A stretch of DNA of 52,042 nt, filler included, from Bipalium vagum (lineage: Eukaryota): assembly GCA_037834085.1 (NCBI GenBank). It is 3 parts of 3 records of this genome, joined end to end, with 100 filler letters (N's around TTAATTAATTAA, not from the genome) between each part and the next. Parts side by side here need not be neighbours in the genome. Positions count along the whole stretch, not along the records: positions 1 to 17,288 come from JBBMKC010072559.1; positions 17,389 to 33,859 come from JBBMKC010109723.1; 1 more part is not named here. One strand, 5' to 3'. The notes below the pieces were generated by a model that was not told the DNA's origin, ran no database searches, and worked only from the letters and a program-made list of their open reading frames with translations. The stretch's first letter is position 1. Every line of letters starts with the position of its first letter. The position numbers and the translations under genes were made by a program. Positions 8,614-20,700 of this stretch are shown piece after piece.

Positions 8614-11600
8614 ATGACTAATACGACTAACCTTTCTCGAGTTCCTTCTCGTAGATTGTCGTAATAAATGATTGTTCTATATTCGCATAAATTAGTTTTT
8701 TTTAATTTTCAGAACTAGTGGTATTAGTCTGTATGAAATTTTAGAAATAAACAAAACTGCAACAGAATCAGATATTAAAAAATCATACAGAAAAGTGATT
8801 GATAAATATTTATCTATCTTGAACCATAATATTTTCCAAAATTCTAGCTTGCTTTAAAATATCATCCTGATAAAAATGCCAATGAACCTGCGGCTACTGA
8901 AATGGTATTGTTTAATGTTTATATTACAACCACTTATTTTAGTGTTTAGTTCAGAAATATTAACAGAGCTTACTCAGTTTTGATCGATTCAAGAAAAAGA
9001 AATTTTTATGATAAATATGGATCACTGGGATTACAGTTTTTAAATCAAATGGGCGAAGATAATGCACAGTTCGTATTAAAATCCGCACATCCTTGTTTTA
9101 AGGTATTTATTGATTTTTTTATTGAAATACATCTGAAATCTTAAATTAGTAAAGGTATTTAACCGTCAGAAATAAAATTTTAATTTATTTTTAAGATTAT
9201 TATTCATTTATGTTTTGCTTATTCGTAAAAGTATATATCAGTCGTGTCCAGTTTACATTTATTGGTCGAATGTGGATAAATATCATTTATTTAAGAACAA
9301 TCAGATTCACATAAATTTAAATTATATGTAAGACTAATAAAATACACTTGACAAATAGAGCAATATCAGTATAGAATCAAACCTCACAGAAAACCGAAAA
9401 AACAAATAGATGTTAGCTAAAGCGTAAATATGACATGTGACACTGATTAATGTTAAAATTAATGGTATAATTCGGTCTGGGTTACTAAGTAGACATCGAA
9501 TTATGGATTGCAGTTGCTCGTTTGTCAACATCAAGAAAAAGCTCTTTGGTAGGAGAGCTCAGAAGTTTTTAAAATATTTCTGGAAAGTGAAATCTTCCTG
9601 CAGATCCATTAGGTCAAGCTGCACATCTTATTGGTACATCTTTATGTGAACTACAAAAGGATAAGTAAACCAATTAAGCTTTCTTTAGAAAACTCTGAAA
9701 ATTTTGTTTTTTTTTGAAATTTTTTTTTGAAAAAACGTATCTTTTTGGTGCCTGTTATGAAAGTCTATCAAATAGTTCTTGAGATACAAAAAACCAGGTT
9801 GTGTGAATATTTCTTTTTTAGGCCCAGTGAGCACCTAAAAATTAGTACTATATATTTTTGCCCGTTTACCGTACACTCTGGACATTTATAATTAGTCAAA
9901 ATTCAACACCTTTTTTCGGCTTTTCAAATTTGGTTTATGTTAAAAATAAAGTCTGAAATTCCATAAAAATTGATTTTCAGTTACTGAAATAATTTTTCAA
10001 GCAGGATTGTTCTTAATCAATTAATATCATAAATACATCCGTTGTCAATTTCTTTTTCTCAAATATTTTATTTTTCAATGACAACTGTTTAGTTTGTTTT
10101 GATAACAATTTTAATTTTCTCTATTTCGAATGAAATTTATTGTCTTTTTCAAATTTAAAGTTTTCTGTTATAAAGATAAAACTTTTGATAAACAGTCAGA
10201 AATATTCATAAAATAATTTATTTTGTTCTCTGCTTTATTTAATACGAATATCAGACATTTGAATATTATATTTTACCGATAATGTTGCGAAATAATAACT
10301 GGATCTTTTGTTTGAACACTTAAACCTATTCCACAACACGGTCATCACATTCGATTTTATTTAGAAAAATAATAATTATTGTTAGTATTTCGACTTTAAT
10401 TATTAAAATCATATGAAAGAATGACATGATAATTATTTCATGTGAACAGTGTTGAATTTCAGAATAATTATTATTAATTCTCTCAAAGTCTGATATTTGA
10501 AATTCTGGGTGTATTTCAAATAAAGAGAGAAGGTTCTAATTGAAATTTCCAAAAATACGAAGTTGAGAGTTTGTGAAATATTTAACTTTTTGTGAGATCA
10601 AAATAAAAATTCATTAAATTTCTTAACGCTGCGCAGTCTGGCATATTTAGATTTAATGAAATTTTGGTTTTTGAATTACCCAAAAATTATGTATAGAATA
10701 TTTCTCTTAGAAAATGAAAACCCATATTTTGAAGTCATAATTCAGTTCTAATACCATTGACTGAAATGATGTTATTTTGCATCAGTGCTATAAATTTCAT
10801 TGCTAAATTCGAAGTTTCACACGCTAAAACAATATTTTCATTTCATTTAGACAAGACAATTATTAATCTTGTTTAACAAGATTTATATTTATTATATTTT
10901 TAAATAAAAAAAACAGTTAAAAATTATCTAAGTATATATGTAATGCAATTTCCTAATACAAATTTAGCGTAAAAAGGCTAAAAGAATTAATGCAAAAAGT
11001 TTTGAAGATTTACGATCCAGAATTATTATGAATTCTACTAAAAATTCCGCGAATATTGCAAAGATTTTAGGTTTGAAATGAACAACGGTGTATTCAATTA
11101 TTAAGAAAAATCAGATCACTGATAGTAGTAAGTTAGAAACAAAAGGTTCTCATCGTCCAAAAGTTACAAGTGTGGAAGGGGAGGGGAGGTACAAATTCGA
11201 GAATAGGTTGTTGTCAATTGTGCTTTAACATTGGCAAAAATATCCAGAATGTATGAAAAAAAGGAGTTAAAATATCACCAACAACTGTGTATAGAAGATT
11301 AAAATGGTTTCATTATACCCTTAAAAGAATACACAGCATGCCTGAACTCCGAAATTTCCTCGTCACCATTGAAAAAAGAGTATTTTATTCAGCCTCATTT
11401 TTGGATGACTGTTTTTGCAAAGGATAAGATAATAGATGTTTCGATATGCTCAAGAGAGAGATGATCTTTGAAGGGTTCTCCGGCAGCATTAAATGTCCCA
11501 GGATTAAGATCAAGAAACATCTCTTGCGGAGCTATGAATGTGATGGACTATTATACTTTGGAAATAGAATCAAAGCCTATAATACAGAAAGTTATATTTC

Positions 11601-14600
11601 TTTTCTTGATAACCTCCATGTGAAGCTACAAATGTGTGGTGTTGTTAAGGGAGCTTTTGTCATGCATAATGTTCCATGACAATGTACTTCACTTGTTGAC
11701 GAAAAATACCAGAACTTGTGTATCGATGTGTCTATCTACCACCTTATTCTTCATTTTTAAACCAGATTAAGATGTGGAAAGGATTGGTTCAAAGATCAGC
11801 TCCTACAAATGAATCTGATTTAATAGAACTGGTTGAAGACATATCTCTTCTTATTACAAGCAGTTATTAGTTATGATTTTATAAACATGATAAAATATCT
11901 GTCAAGATGAGCAAGAAAAGAAGTGATCATGGACTAAAAACTTTTCGCAATAAATGTTGTTATTTGTCTAAATTAAATGATTAATTAACAAGATAATTTT
12001 ATATAATGTTATTTTTCGCTAAAACTGAAAAATTTTCTTTAAAAATAGTATATTTCATAAAAATGGGTAAAACCTCAAAAACACTAAAAAAAATTAGCTT
12101 TAATTTTAGGTTAATCAATTGAATCTTGGGACGGGTTTTATTGAAAGTGTTTTATTTCTTTTAAATCATATTATTGATAATTCTGAGTAATCTAAAAATT
12201 TCTCAAATAATTAATTGAATTAGTCAATTTATTTTAAATATTAATACAATAATAGCCTTGTTTAAATTGAAAATTGATCTTTTAGCATTAAATAATTAGA
12301 TATAATGATTGTCTAGAAACTTTTGATTGCTTTTTCATTGTTTAATAAAATTTGTTTACATTAAATTTTTTGTCTAATAAATTAGTATTGGCTCTCCAAT
12401 TTAGTTTTTAATATTTACAAGTATCGATTCAAGGAGATTTTATATATTTGAAATTGGCACGAGAAAATAACAGAGGTTCGTTGAATGTTTGACTTCTTCT
12501 CACAGTAATTGATACAATTTGAGAATAGTTGACATTTTTTATTACTGCATATAGTTTTCAATCAGTGAAATTTAATAAAATTTATTGTACCAAAAGACAT
12601 TTTATACGCGACTTGGAAATTCTTGGGTCCTTTGAATCGAATGTTTGAAAATAAGAAAAAGTTTCATTATTTACTTACCAAATTTATACTCAATTTTAAT
12701 ACATTAAAAATCGATTGATTTTTAATAAAAAATGTAAATTTAAAAAGTAAATAAAGATATCTATAGGAATTCTTCTAAAATATTCAAGGTTGACCTCGTC
12801 CAGAGGAAATAAAACAATAAAGGTTAAAATATTAGATTTCTCATAATTGATTTTTTATGGTTATTATTGATTTCATGTCTGATATTATCGATTGTATAAA
12901 AGATCTATTTTATTTCTTTAAAAATATTTTTACACTCTTCCAATCATTTGATTCCACAATAGTAATTAATTTAATTTAAACTTAGAATCATTTATTATTA
13001 GATTTTTATTATTAATTTTAAACAGGTTTTACTTATTGCAACCTGTATCCTAACTGGGTGTTGCTATTGCTGCTTTTGTTATTGTTTCTGTTGTTACAAC
13101 TTCTGTTGTGGAAAATTTGCTCCAAAAGAACAGACAGAGTTTGAAGAGCCATTAACCGAAAAAGTTGATTTTGTTAGTTTTTTATTTAAATTAATTGACC
13201 AGAAATATTTTTTGCAACCAAATAGATAAGAAAGTTTTACATTTTAAAAAAATATACGGGTATTCTGAAAGTATTTAGATATAGTAATTGATTTTTCAAT
13301 ACTTCATTAAAATAGTAAAAATATTTTATTTTTCAAAATGTATTCTTCAGAGATCAATGATCTTCTGTTATCTTTTTCCAATCTATATCACACCATCTAT
13401 GTACATAAAAAACTTGACAAGTAATTTTGAAATAGAAAGCTGTATCTTTTTAGGAAGTTGATTATATCATATGTTGATTAAAAGGAGCTAAATATAAAAT
13501 TTATGCTAGATAACAGAATAAATCTTAATGGTTTTTTTCTCTTTTGATTCTTCATTATTCTTTTGAATAAATAATGTTTTTTACGATTGATTGAGATTTG
13601 TTAAAAGTTCTCTAGGACTGAATTTGGACTGAAATCAGCATTTGTTTTTCTTTCCTTCGGAATAATAAGTAAGAAAGATTCAATTTGAAGTTGATCATTG
13701 ATCAGATAAAATATGTTACCTCTCAATTTTAAAATCAAAATCACAAAATCACTCCCATTCCTTTCGCGGATATTTCTATATTCTTTTATTTCAGTATGGC
13801 TTATTTGAAACAGTTCTTTAATTTTGATTTTATATTTGTTAAAATGATCAATAAATTCAATTTTTAAAATGTTTTTATATATATTTTTCTGAAAAAACAA
13901 TTATTTCGTGACACTACAATTACCAAGCACATTTTAATGAATTTTCGCATTTCTTAATACTTTTATAGAATTACTCACTATAATAATTTCTAACTGTATC
14001 CTAGTTGGGATACGTTACATTTTGTTGTTAATAATTTTTGGTTTTATTCATTTACATAAGATATTTAACAATGTCGAACTTCAGATTTTCAATGAATTAA
14101 CGGTTTTTTGTGAATTTTTATGAAATTATTGATTATCCAAGAAGTTTTATTCTTTAAAAAAGGGAAGTTTACAGTGACTTTTATCACTACAAATTTTTCA
14201 ATATGAATATTAAATTTCGTTAATTCAATTGATTTTTTATTTTCCAATAACAACTAATTTCAGGAAATTTTATTTTTAGAATGAGAGTGTGGAAGAGAAC
14301 CAGAAATTCAAAATTTATAAACTGTCGGTTAAATTCCAAGTTTAATCAACCATAAATCGATAATTGTTGAAATTTTAAAATACTACTTTAAAAAGTGACT
14401 TCACAATTTTTTTTGCAAAACCCCCTACCATCACCATACAATATTGTTAGATTAAATTTTCGTAGTTCTATTTCTTTAATCAATTGTTCTGTTGATCCTT
14501 GAGTACTCTGTGAGGGGCTAATGGTTGTGGGCCAAGTCTGTTTAAAATATCTTTTCAAATTGTAGCACCAATTTAGTAAAATGGTCATATTCTTAAAGTA

Positions 14601-14754
14601 TTTTTGATTTATTAAACAATTATTTTTGTTGAAAATTTTTGCGTTTCATTTTATCAAATTACTTTTCTTTTTAAAGGAAGCTCCAGAACATGTTATCGTT
14701 AACCAGCCCATTGATTCGTCTGTCAACAACCCAACTTATGGTACTGTTGAATAG
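8614..14754 (+). CDS. DNAJC5: Cysteine string protein (DnaJ subfamily C member 5), 6 exons
   Basis: Exons 8614-8660, 8713-8794, 8848-8904, 8950-9102, 13026-13163 (or 13172), 14677-14754, all GT-AG and in frame. Protein: [41 protein letters not shown]...YDKYGSLGL...LTGCCYCCFCYCFCCYNFCCGKFAPK (J domain with HPD plus cysteine string). Last exon is least certain. Confidence 0.92.
10940..11940 (+). mobile_element. Decayed IS630/Tc1-type DDE transposase in DNAJC5 intron 4
   Basis: HTH region (NIAKILGLK*TTVYSIIKK), FVMHNVP (VMDN..H) and YLPPYSSFLNQIK (LPPYSPFLNPIE). Confidence 0.8.
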
Positions 14755-16095
14755 ATTCTACCGATGCATTACCGAATTTTTTGTGATATTGATTTATTGA
14801 TTAAAAATTCTGCCTTACAGAAGAAGCGATCGACTTTAAATTATTTCAAACTTTATGCATAATGGATTTTTGACTTGTCTTCCTTTATATTTTTTTATTC
14901 AAAATTAATTGAAGTGTTTTATTGTTTCTGTCTTGTGAAATTTTTATTTAGGTTTATTTTATGATGTGCAAGGTATTAATTTATTTTATATTGTGATGGA
15001 CAACATTTTCATGCACTTTAATTGTGATAAATTTATTAAATTATAAATGGTTTAAAAAATATATATATATTGATTATTATTGAATTAACTCTATTAATAA
15101 AAATTAAAGATCTCGTCAATTTAATTCATTTATGTTGTGGAGCTTCAATTTTAATGTCATAATTTTACAGAGAATTATAATTTAAAAATTAATTATTTGT
15201 AAAATTAATTTATGAATGCTTTAAATGTGAAATTTTATTTAAAATACATAAATCTTTAAATTAGTATGACCGAAAATGTATATAATCTTCGAATAATTAA
15301 TACTTTTCATTCTATTTCTGTTTTTTCAAGCTGGATTAGATAAAAAATTTGGTTAATAGTTCTAAATATTAAGTTTTTATCAGGTCTTAGGTTTCATATT
15401 CAGTTTATTAATGATTCAAAATCTTTTTCCACAAAATTATGTGAGTTATATTAATATATAAATATTAATCCTTTCTTAAGTTAAAAATAAATTTAAGATT
15501 ACACAATTAAAACAATTAAGTAGTTCATAAAAAGACATTACTTACTGTTCTTTATTTATTCAGGTATACATTTTTAAATTTCTAAAAATAGGTGGTTGAT
15601 AATAGAATATTTCTATCCACCCTGCGTTTATGTATTCGACTGAATTAATTAGAATTTCTCATTGGATTTTATATCGGAAATTAATGTGTTTATTCCCAAA
15701 TTTCATTACAAATGATCTTAGATTATCATGGTTCTTGAATTTGCCTTACATTATCGTTTTTAAAATATTTTCTTAAGCTTTAACACAGATTTCAAATTTA
15801 TTTTTCTTTATCTGACTCTATTGTATATAACTCATAAATATGGAAACTTGACAAATAGTTTAATTTCAATTTAGTTGGATTAAATAGATTGCTTATTTCT
15901 TTAAAAATAAAACTTTAATATTTTTGAAATGAAATAATCATTATAGATATATTTTGTAAAATTCGTTTAAAATTGTAATTGTTATAATACAATAATTTAA
16001 CATAACTTTTAAATTGAATTTCTTTCTTTGAAATTTATAAAATATCTTTGAATGTTAGTTTATTTTATTTTTTTGTCAAATTGACACCTTTCAAG

Positions 16096-17288
16096 GCCAA
16101 TAGAAGAAAATATTAAAGTCTTAATACGAATAAGACCTAATAACAATATTGCTGGAAAAGATTACTTGTCAAGATATAAAGACTCGAATTCAATAATAAT
16201 TCCATCAGAGTTTGAGCCTAAAAGATTTACATTTGACAAAGTGGCAAATGAAAATACAAGCCAAGTTGAATACTTAATTATTTATGAATTCTTAATATAA
16301 TCTAGGAAGAAATATTTCAAAATTTTAGATCTCTTTTTGAATCGTTTTTTTCTGGATATAATTGTACTATATTTGCCTAGTAATTTTTAATATTTTGTTA
16401 AACTTTTATTTCTTGTTTATAGTGGTCAAACAGGTAGTGGGAAAACTTACACCATGACTGGTGATTCATGCTATAACTGTCTTGGTCAAAATCCGGGGTT
16501 GGTTCCTCAAGGGCTTGAATATATTTTTGATAAAATAAATGACCATTCAATTACGGTAATAATTTGAGTATATTAAAAGTATACTATTATTTATTATTTA
16601 ATTGAGTATGTAAGCCCAAAGCTTACCAAGTGAATTTAATAATTTACTCGTTAGTAAAGATTTATCAGTATTTTTACTAAATTTAATATTAAAAATATTT
16701 TAAAAATTAAATATATTTAATTTTTATTTGCAGGATCAAGTGGAATATTTAGTAAAATGTTCATTTGTAGAAATATATAACGAGCAGTTGTTCGATCTGC
16801 TTGATCCAAAGGGTCAAAAAGTGCAGCTAAAAGATAACTTTTTGCAGGGAGTTTATGTTGACAATTTAACGGAAAAGATTCTGAACAATACGAGTGAGGC
16901 TCTTGAGGTATATTTCTTTGTAAAGTTCTGAGTTTATATTTTTGATTAAATTTTTAGATTTTACAGAAAGGCCTAGAGAGTCGGCATGTTGGAAGTACTG
17001 CGATGAACCGTGAGAGTTCCCGAAGTCACGCAGTATTTTCCATTATTCTTGAATCCAGCGTAAAAGAAGATGGCTTAGAAAACATTCGAAAAAGTGTTCT
17101 CCATTTGGTAGATTTAGCTGGCAGCGAGAGACAGAAAGACACCAAATCGGACGGAGTTAGGCTGAAGGTCATTAAGGATAAAATCTGAAATCGTAATTAA
17201 CTTTTGCAATATTGATTATAGGAAGCCGGTTCCATTAATAAATCTCTTCACGTTCTTGGTCAAGTGATAAGTGCTCATGTGGACATTG
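16096..17288 (+). CDS. KIF15: Kinesin-12/KIF15-like motor domain, partial
   Basis: Exons 16096-16264, 16306-16379, 16423-16555, 16734-16907, 16958-17167, 17222-17288. Motifs [71 protein letters not shown]. First exon not located; truncated by the gap. Confidence 0.88.
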
Positions 17289-17388
17289 NNNNNNNNNNNN
17301 NNNNNNNNNNNNNNNNNNNNNNNNNNNNNNNNTTAATTAATTAANNNNNNNNNNNNNNNNNNNNNNNNNNNNNNNNNNNNNNNNNNNN
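17289..17388. other. Assembly spacer N44-TTAATTAATTAA-N44
   Basis: 100-bp gap containing a six-frame-stop linker. Confidence 0.95.
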
Positions 17389-17504
17389 ACTTAAACAATT
17401 TTTGATTTTCAATTTAGTAAATTACTGAGTCATACATAACATTATCTTTATCATCACCATGTCTAATTTTCTTAAAATAAACTAACAATAGAAAAAATTT
17501 GAAT

Positions 17505-17567
17505 AGGGGTCCAAATGGACCCCAACGGTAGTGAGTGTAACATTTCCTCTGGTAGCACTAGTGTTAA
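17505..17567. mobile_element. piggyBac-like element terminus
   Basis: Subterminal palindrome ggggtccaaatggacccc and end ...ggtagcactagtg-TTAA. Confidence 0.55.
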
Positions 17568-17750
17568 TGTTAATTAAACATTATTTGACTTGAAGAATGC
17601 ATTAAAAATACGTGATTATTGTAAAATCCGGAATCATACATGTACAACACCTAATAAATTTTCTTATATTGTGTCTATTAAAACTTTTATAGAATATAAA
17701 AATATCATCTTAATCCTTTCAGGTGTCGATTTAAATAATAATAAACTTAC

Positions 17751-20700
17751 GTGCACTGCATGAGAAATATGGATAGTTTCTGTCACATCTCTCAACATCT
17801 TTGTCAATTCTGTGCATGTTATCTGCCATGCTCAATAACTGATCATCCTGAAAAAAAATCCCAAAATAAATAATTTTATTTGGTTAAGTTTGGTATCCAA
17901 ACCTGGAATATCATATCTTGATTGGTCGATGATCCTGCATCTATACTATTATCAGAGGAGTAAAACCCTTTTGAAGGCCTGAGATCTGAAAGATTTGATT
18001 TATATATTTCAAAAACACAAAAATTCAGACCACAGTTTGAAACATTGATAATTTTATCTTTTTGGGGACTAGAGTTTTTGGATTTTTCATTTGATATATT
18101 ATTGAAATTGATTTCACTCTGACAATTAAACAAAGAATTTGGTTTCGCTTGTGAATTTGAAACCAGTTGTGGCTGGCATTCACTTTCTCGTTGACTAATG
18201 ATAACTTCTATTGCTTTCCACTGACTGAGGGTTTTTTCGTAATTCAATTCCGTAACCAGGTTTATCTCGGAATTATCAGTTGAACACCATTCGTAATGAC
18301 CCAGCATTCGAGGCCAAACCTAGCATTGCAACTTATACATTCATCGACGAAGACAGGTAATCAATATAAAAACCTCGTTTCTCAAAGATTCCGCACATCC
18401 TCCAAAATATATATACCTGTATAATTCAGTTTCTGATAAATCCTGATAAGAATTAAAAAATAATCAATATTTCTCAACAAAAAGAAAATTATTTCATTTG
18501 GAAAACTGAGCTATCCAGAAAAGCTTATATATTTAAGTTAAGTTATAGAACAGCTTCCGTCATTAGCTTAGGTGAAATCACATTTTTCAACGAAAATGGA
18601 GTCAAGTTCTTATGAACGATTAACATATAATGTTATATATCAATTATCATTTAACGGGAGATATATAGGAGCAGCCCATTACATTTGTAATATCAATGAT
18701 AAAAGTATTAAAAACTATCGTTACATTTTATTTTCATAATGGAAATTAATATGCTTTCCACTTATTCTTTAAAGATATTACAAAGAAATTTCCAAATGGA
18801 ATAAAAAATGTAATTACAAATATTGATGAAATATATCAGTTTTAGCTTTAAAAATATTAGAATTTTAGATTCATTAACAATGGTGGATTCTTCAATATCA
18901 ATAACTGAAACAATAAGAAAAATATTGACAGATACATCTAAACATGAAACATTTAATGAATATAATCTCATACCAAGAAAGTAGATATATTCAATGAAAA
19001 AACGTAAATGAATGAATTATTATTTTAAAAAAGATATTCCTCTGAAAATAATTTTTTATTCCGTTTTGAAAAAACCACAATTTCAGATGAAGACTAAAAA
19101 TATTTTTTAAAGATTATAAGAACTTTAAGAATCTAAAAGAATATATTACTTTACAATATACTTTACTAATACTTTACACTATTGGAATTAGATATTTTAA
19201 TTTTAGCTGATTTTATGGAAAATATAAGAAAAAAATGTTTAGAGTATGATTATGATATAGATTTGTTATCGTGCTCCAGGAATAAGTTTGAATTGTTAGT
19301 AAAGGAAAATTAAAATATTATAAAGAAAAAACATGATTATTTATTATTAATATAAACAGGAATAAGAGTAAGAATATCTAGTATTCAGAGATATAGAAAA
19401 GTAAAATTAAAACTATTATAAATAATAATAATAATTATTATTAACCCGAGAAAATGAGATCATGTTATAAATGATTTTAACAGATATCTTTAATATTATG
19501 ATGCAAATTATATTCAAGTTGCATAACAATGCATTACCAACAGGAGAAATGAAAAAAATTTAATTTATGAAAGAACATCGATATCATCATCTAATAAAGA
19601 AGGATTTATATATGTACTTGATTTAGAATATACTTTTGAATTACATGATAAAACTAAATATTTTTCATTCTATTCAGTAAAAGAGAGTATAATATTAAAT
19701 TATCAAATTATAAATAATACTTTATACATCTCAGAAAAATTAATATTAACAAGATTTGAAAAATATAATTATATAATATAAGGTTCAATGTTAGGTTGGT
19801 ATTTAGATCGGGGAATGGTAATAAAGAAGATTCACAAAAAATAGTTTTTAAAAAAAACAACTTTGGAAAAATCAAACATAGAATTTAATATAAAAAAAGA
19901 AGCTAAAAGAAATAAAGATGGATTTGGTGATTTCTTTTTACAAATTAAAAAATAATTCAATTTATGAAAAACTTTTAGAAAAAGACAAATTATAGAAATA
20001 GTTAAATTGAATATTTATAAAAAGAAAATATAATAACTATCATATAGATATTAATTTTTTAATTTAAAACTGGTGAATGAAATCTTCAATATTTATAAAC
20101 CGGAAGCCATAAATAATAAGTTTACTTTTCAAATAAGAACATAAGATAGTCATAAATGTTTTCAAATAAAATCAATTTCAGATTTTTATTCAAAAATAAA
20201 TAATGGTGAATCTTATCACTTAACCTGTATTAAAAATCATAGAAATATTTTTGAAAATAACTTTATAAATAATCATGATAATTGTTAAAAATGAGTGAAA
20301 TAGGTAAAAAAATATGTTGAGTAAAACAAAATTTTTTTAAAAAAATATTTATATCCGGAATCAGAAATGTAAATTTTTAATTCGCATTAATTAACATATA
20401 TGATTGAAATTAAAAAACTTCCATATAAAAATAAAAATTATTATCACTCTCATATTACGACAAAAAAATAAGTAGCTAACCTTGTTATTTTTATATCTAT
20501 TCCAAATTTCGACAGTCAATCCTTCGCTGGCATCACAAGGAACATCACATTGTACTGATCCAGGGAGAACAAGGGAGATACATTTCGTTCTGACAGTTTT
20601 TAAATTTCGATAATAATGATACCCTATTAGAAACAAGTGATTTCATTAAAAAAATTGATTTTAAGTCACTTACATCCATAAAAGGCCCTTGACAAAATCT

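Noticed and set aside
17333-17344. TTAATTAATTAA as a biological palindrome or piggyBac site
   Set aside because: Identical N-flanked spacer appears twice; assembly linker.
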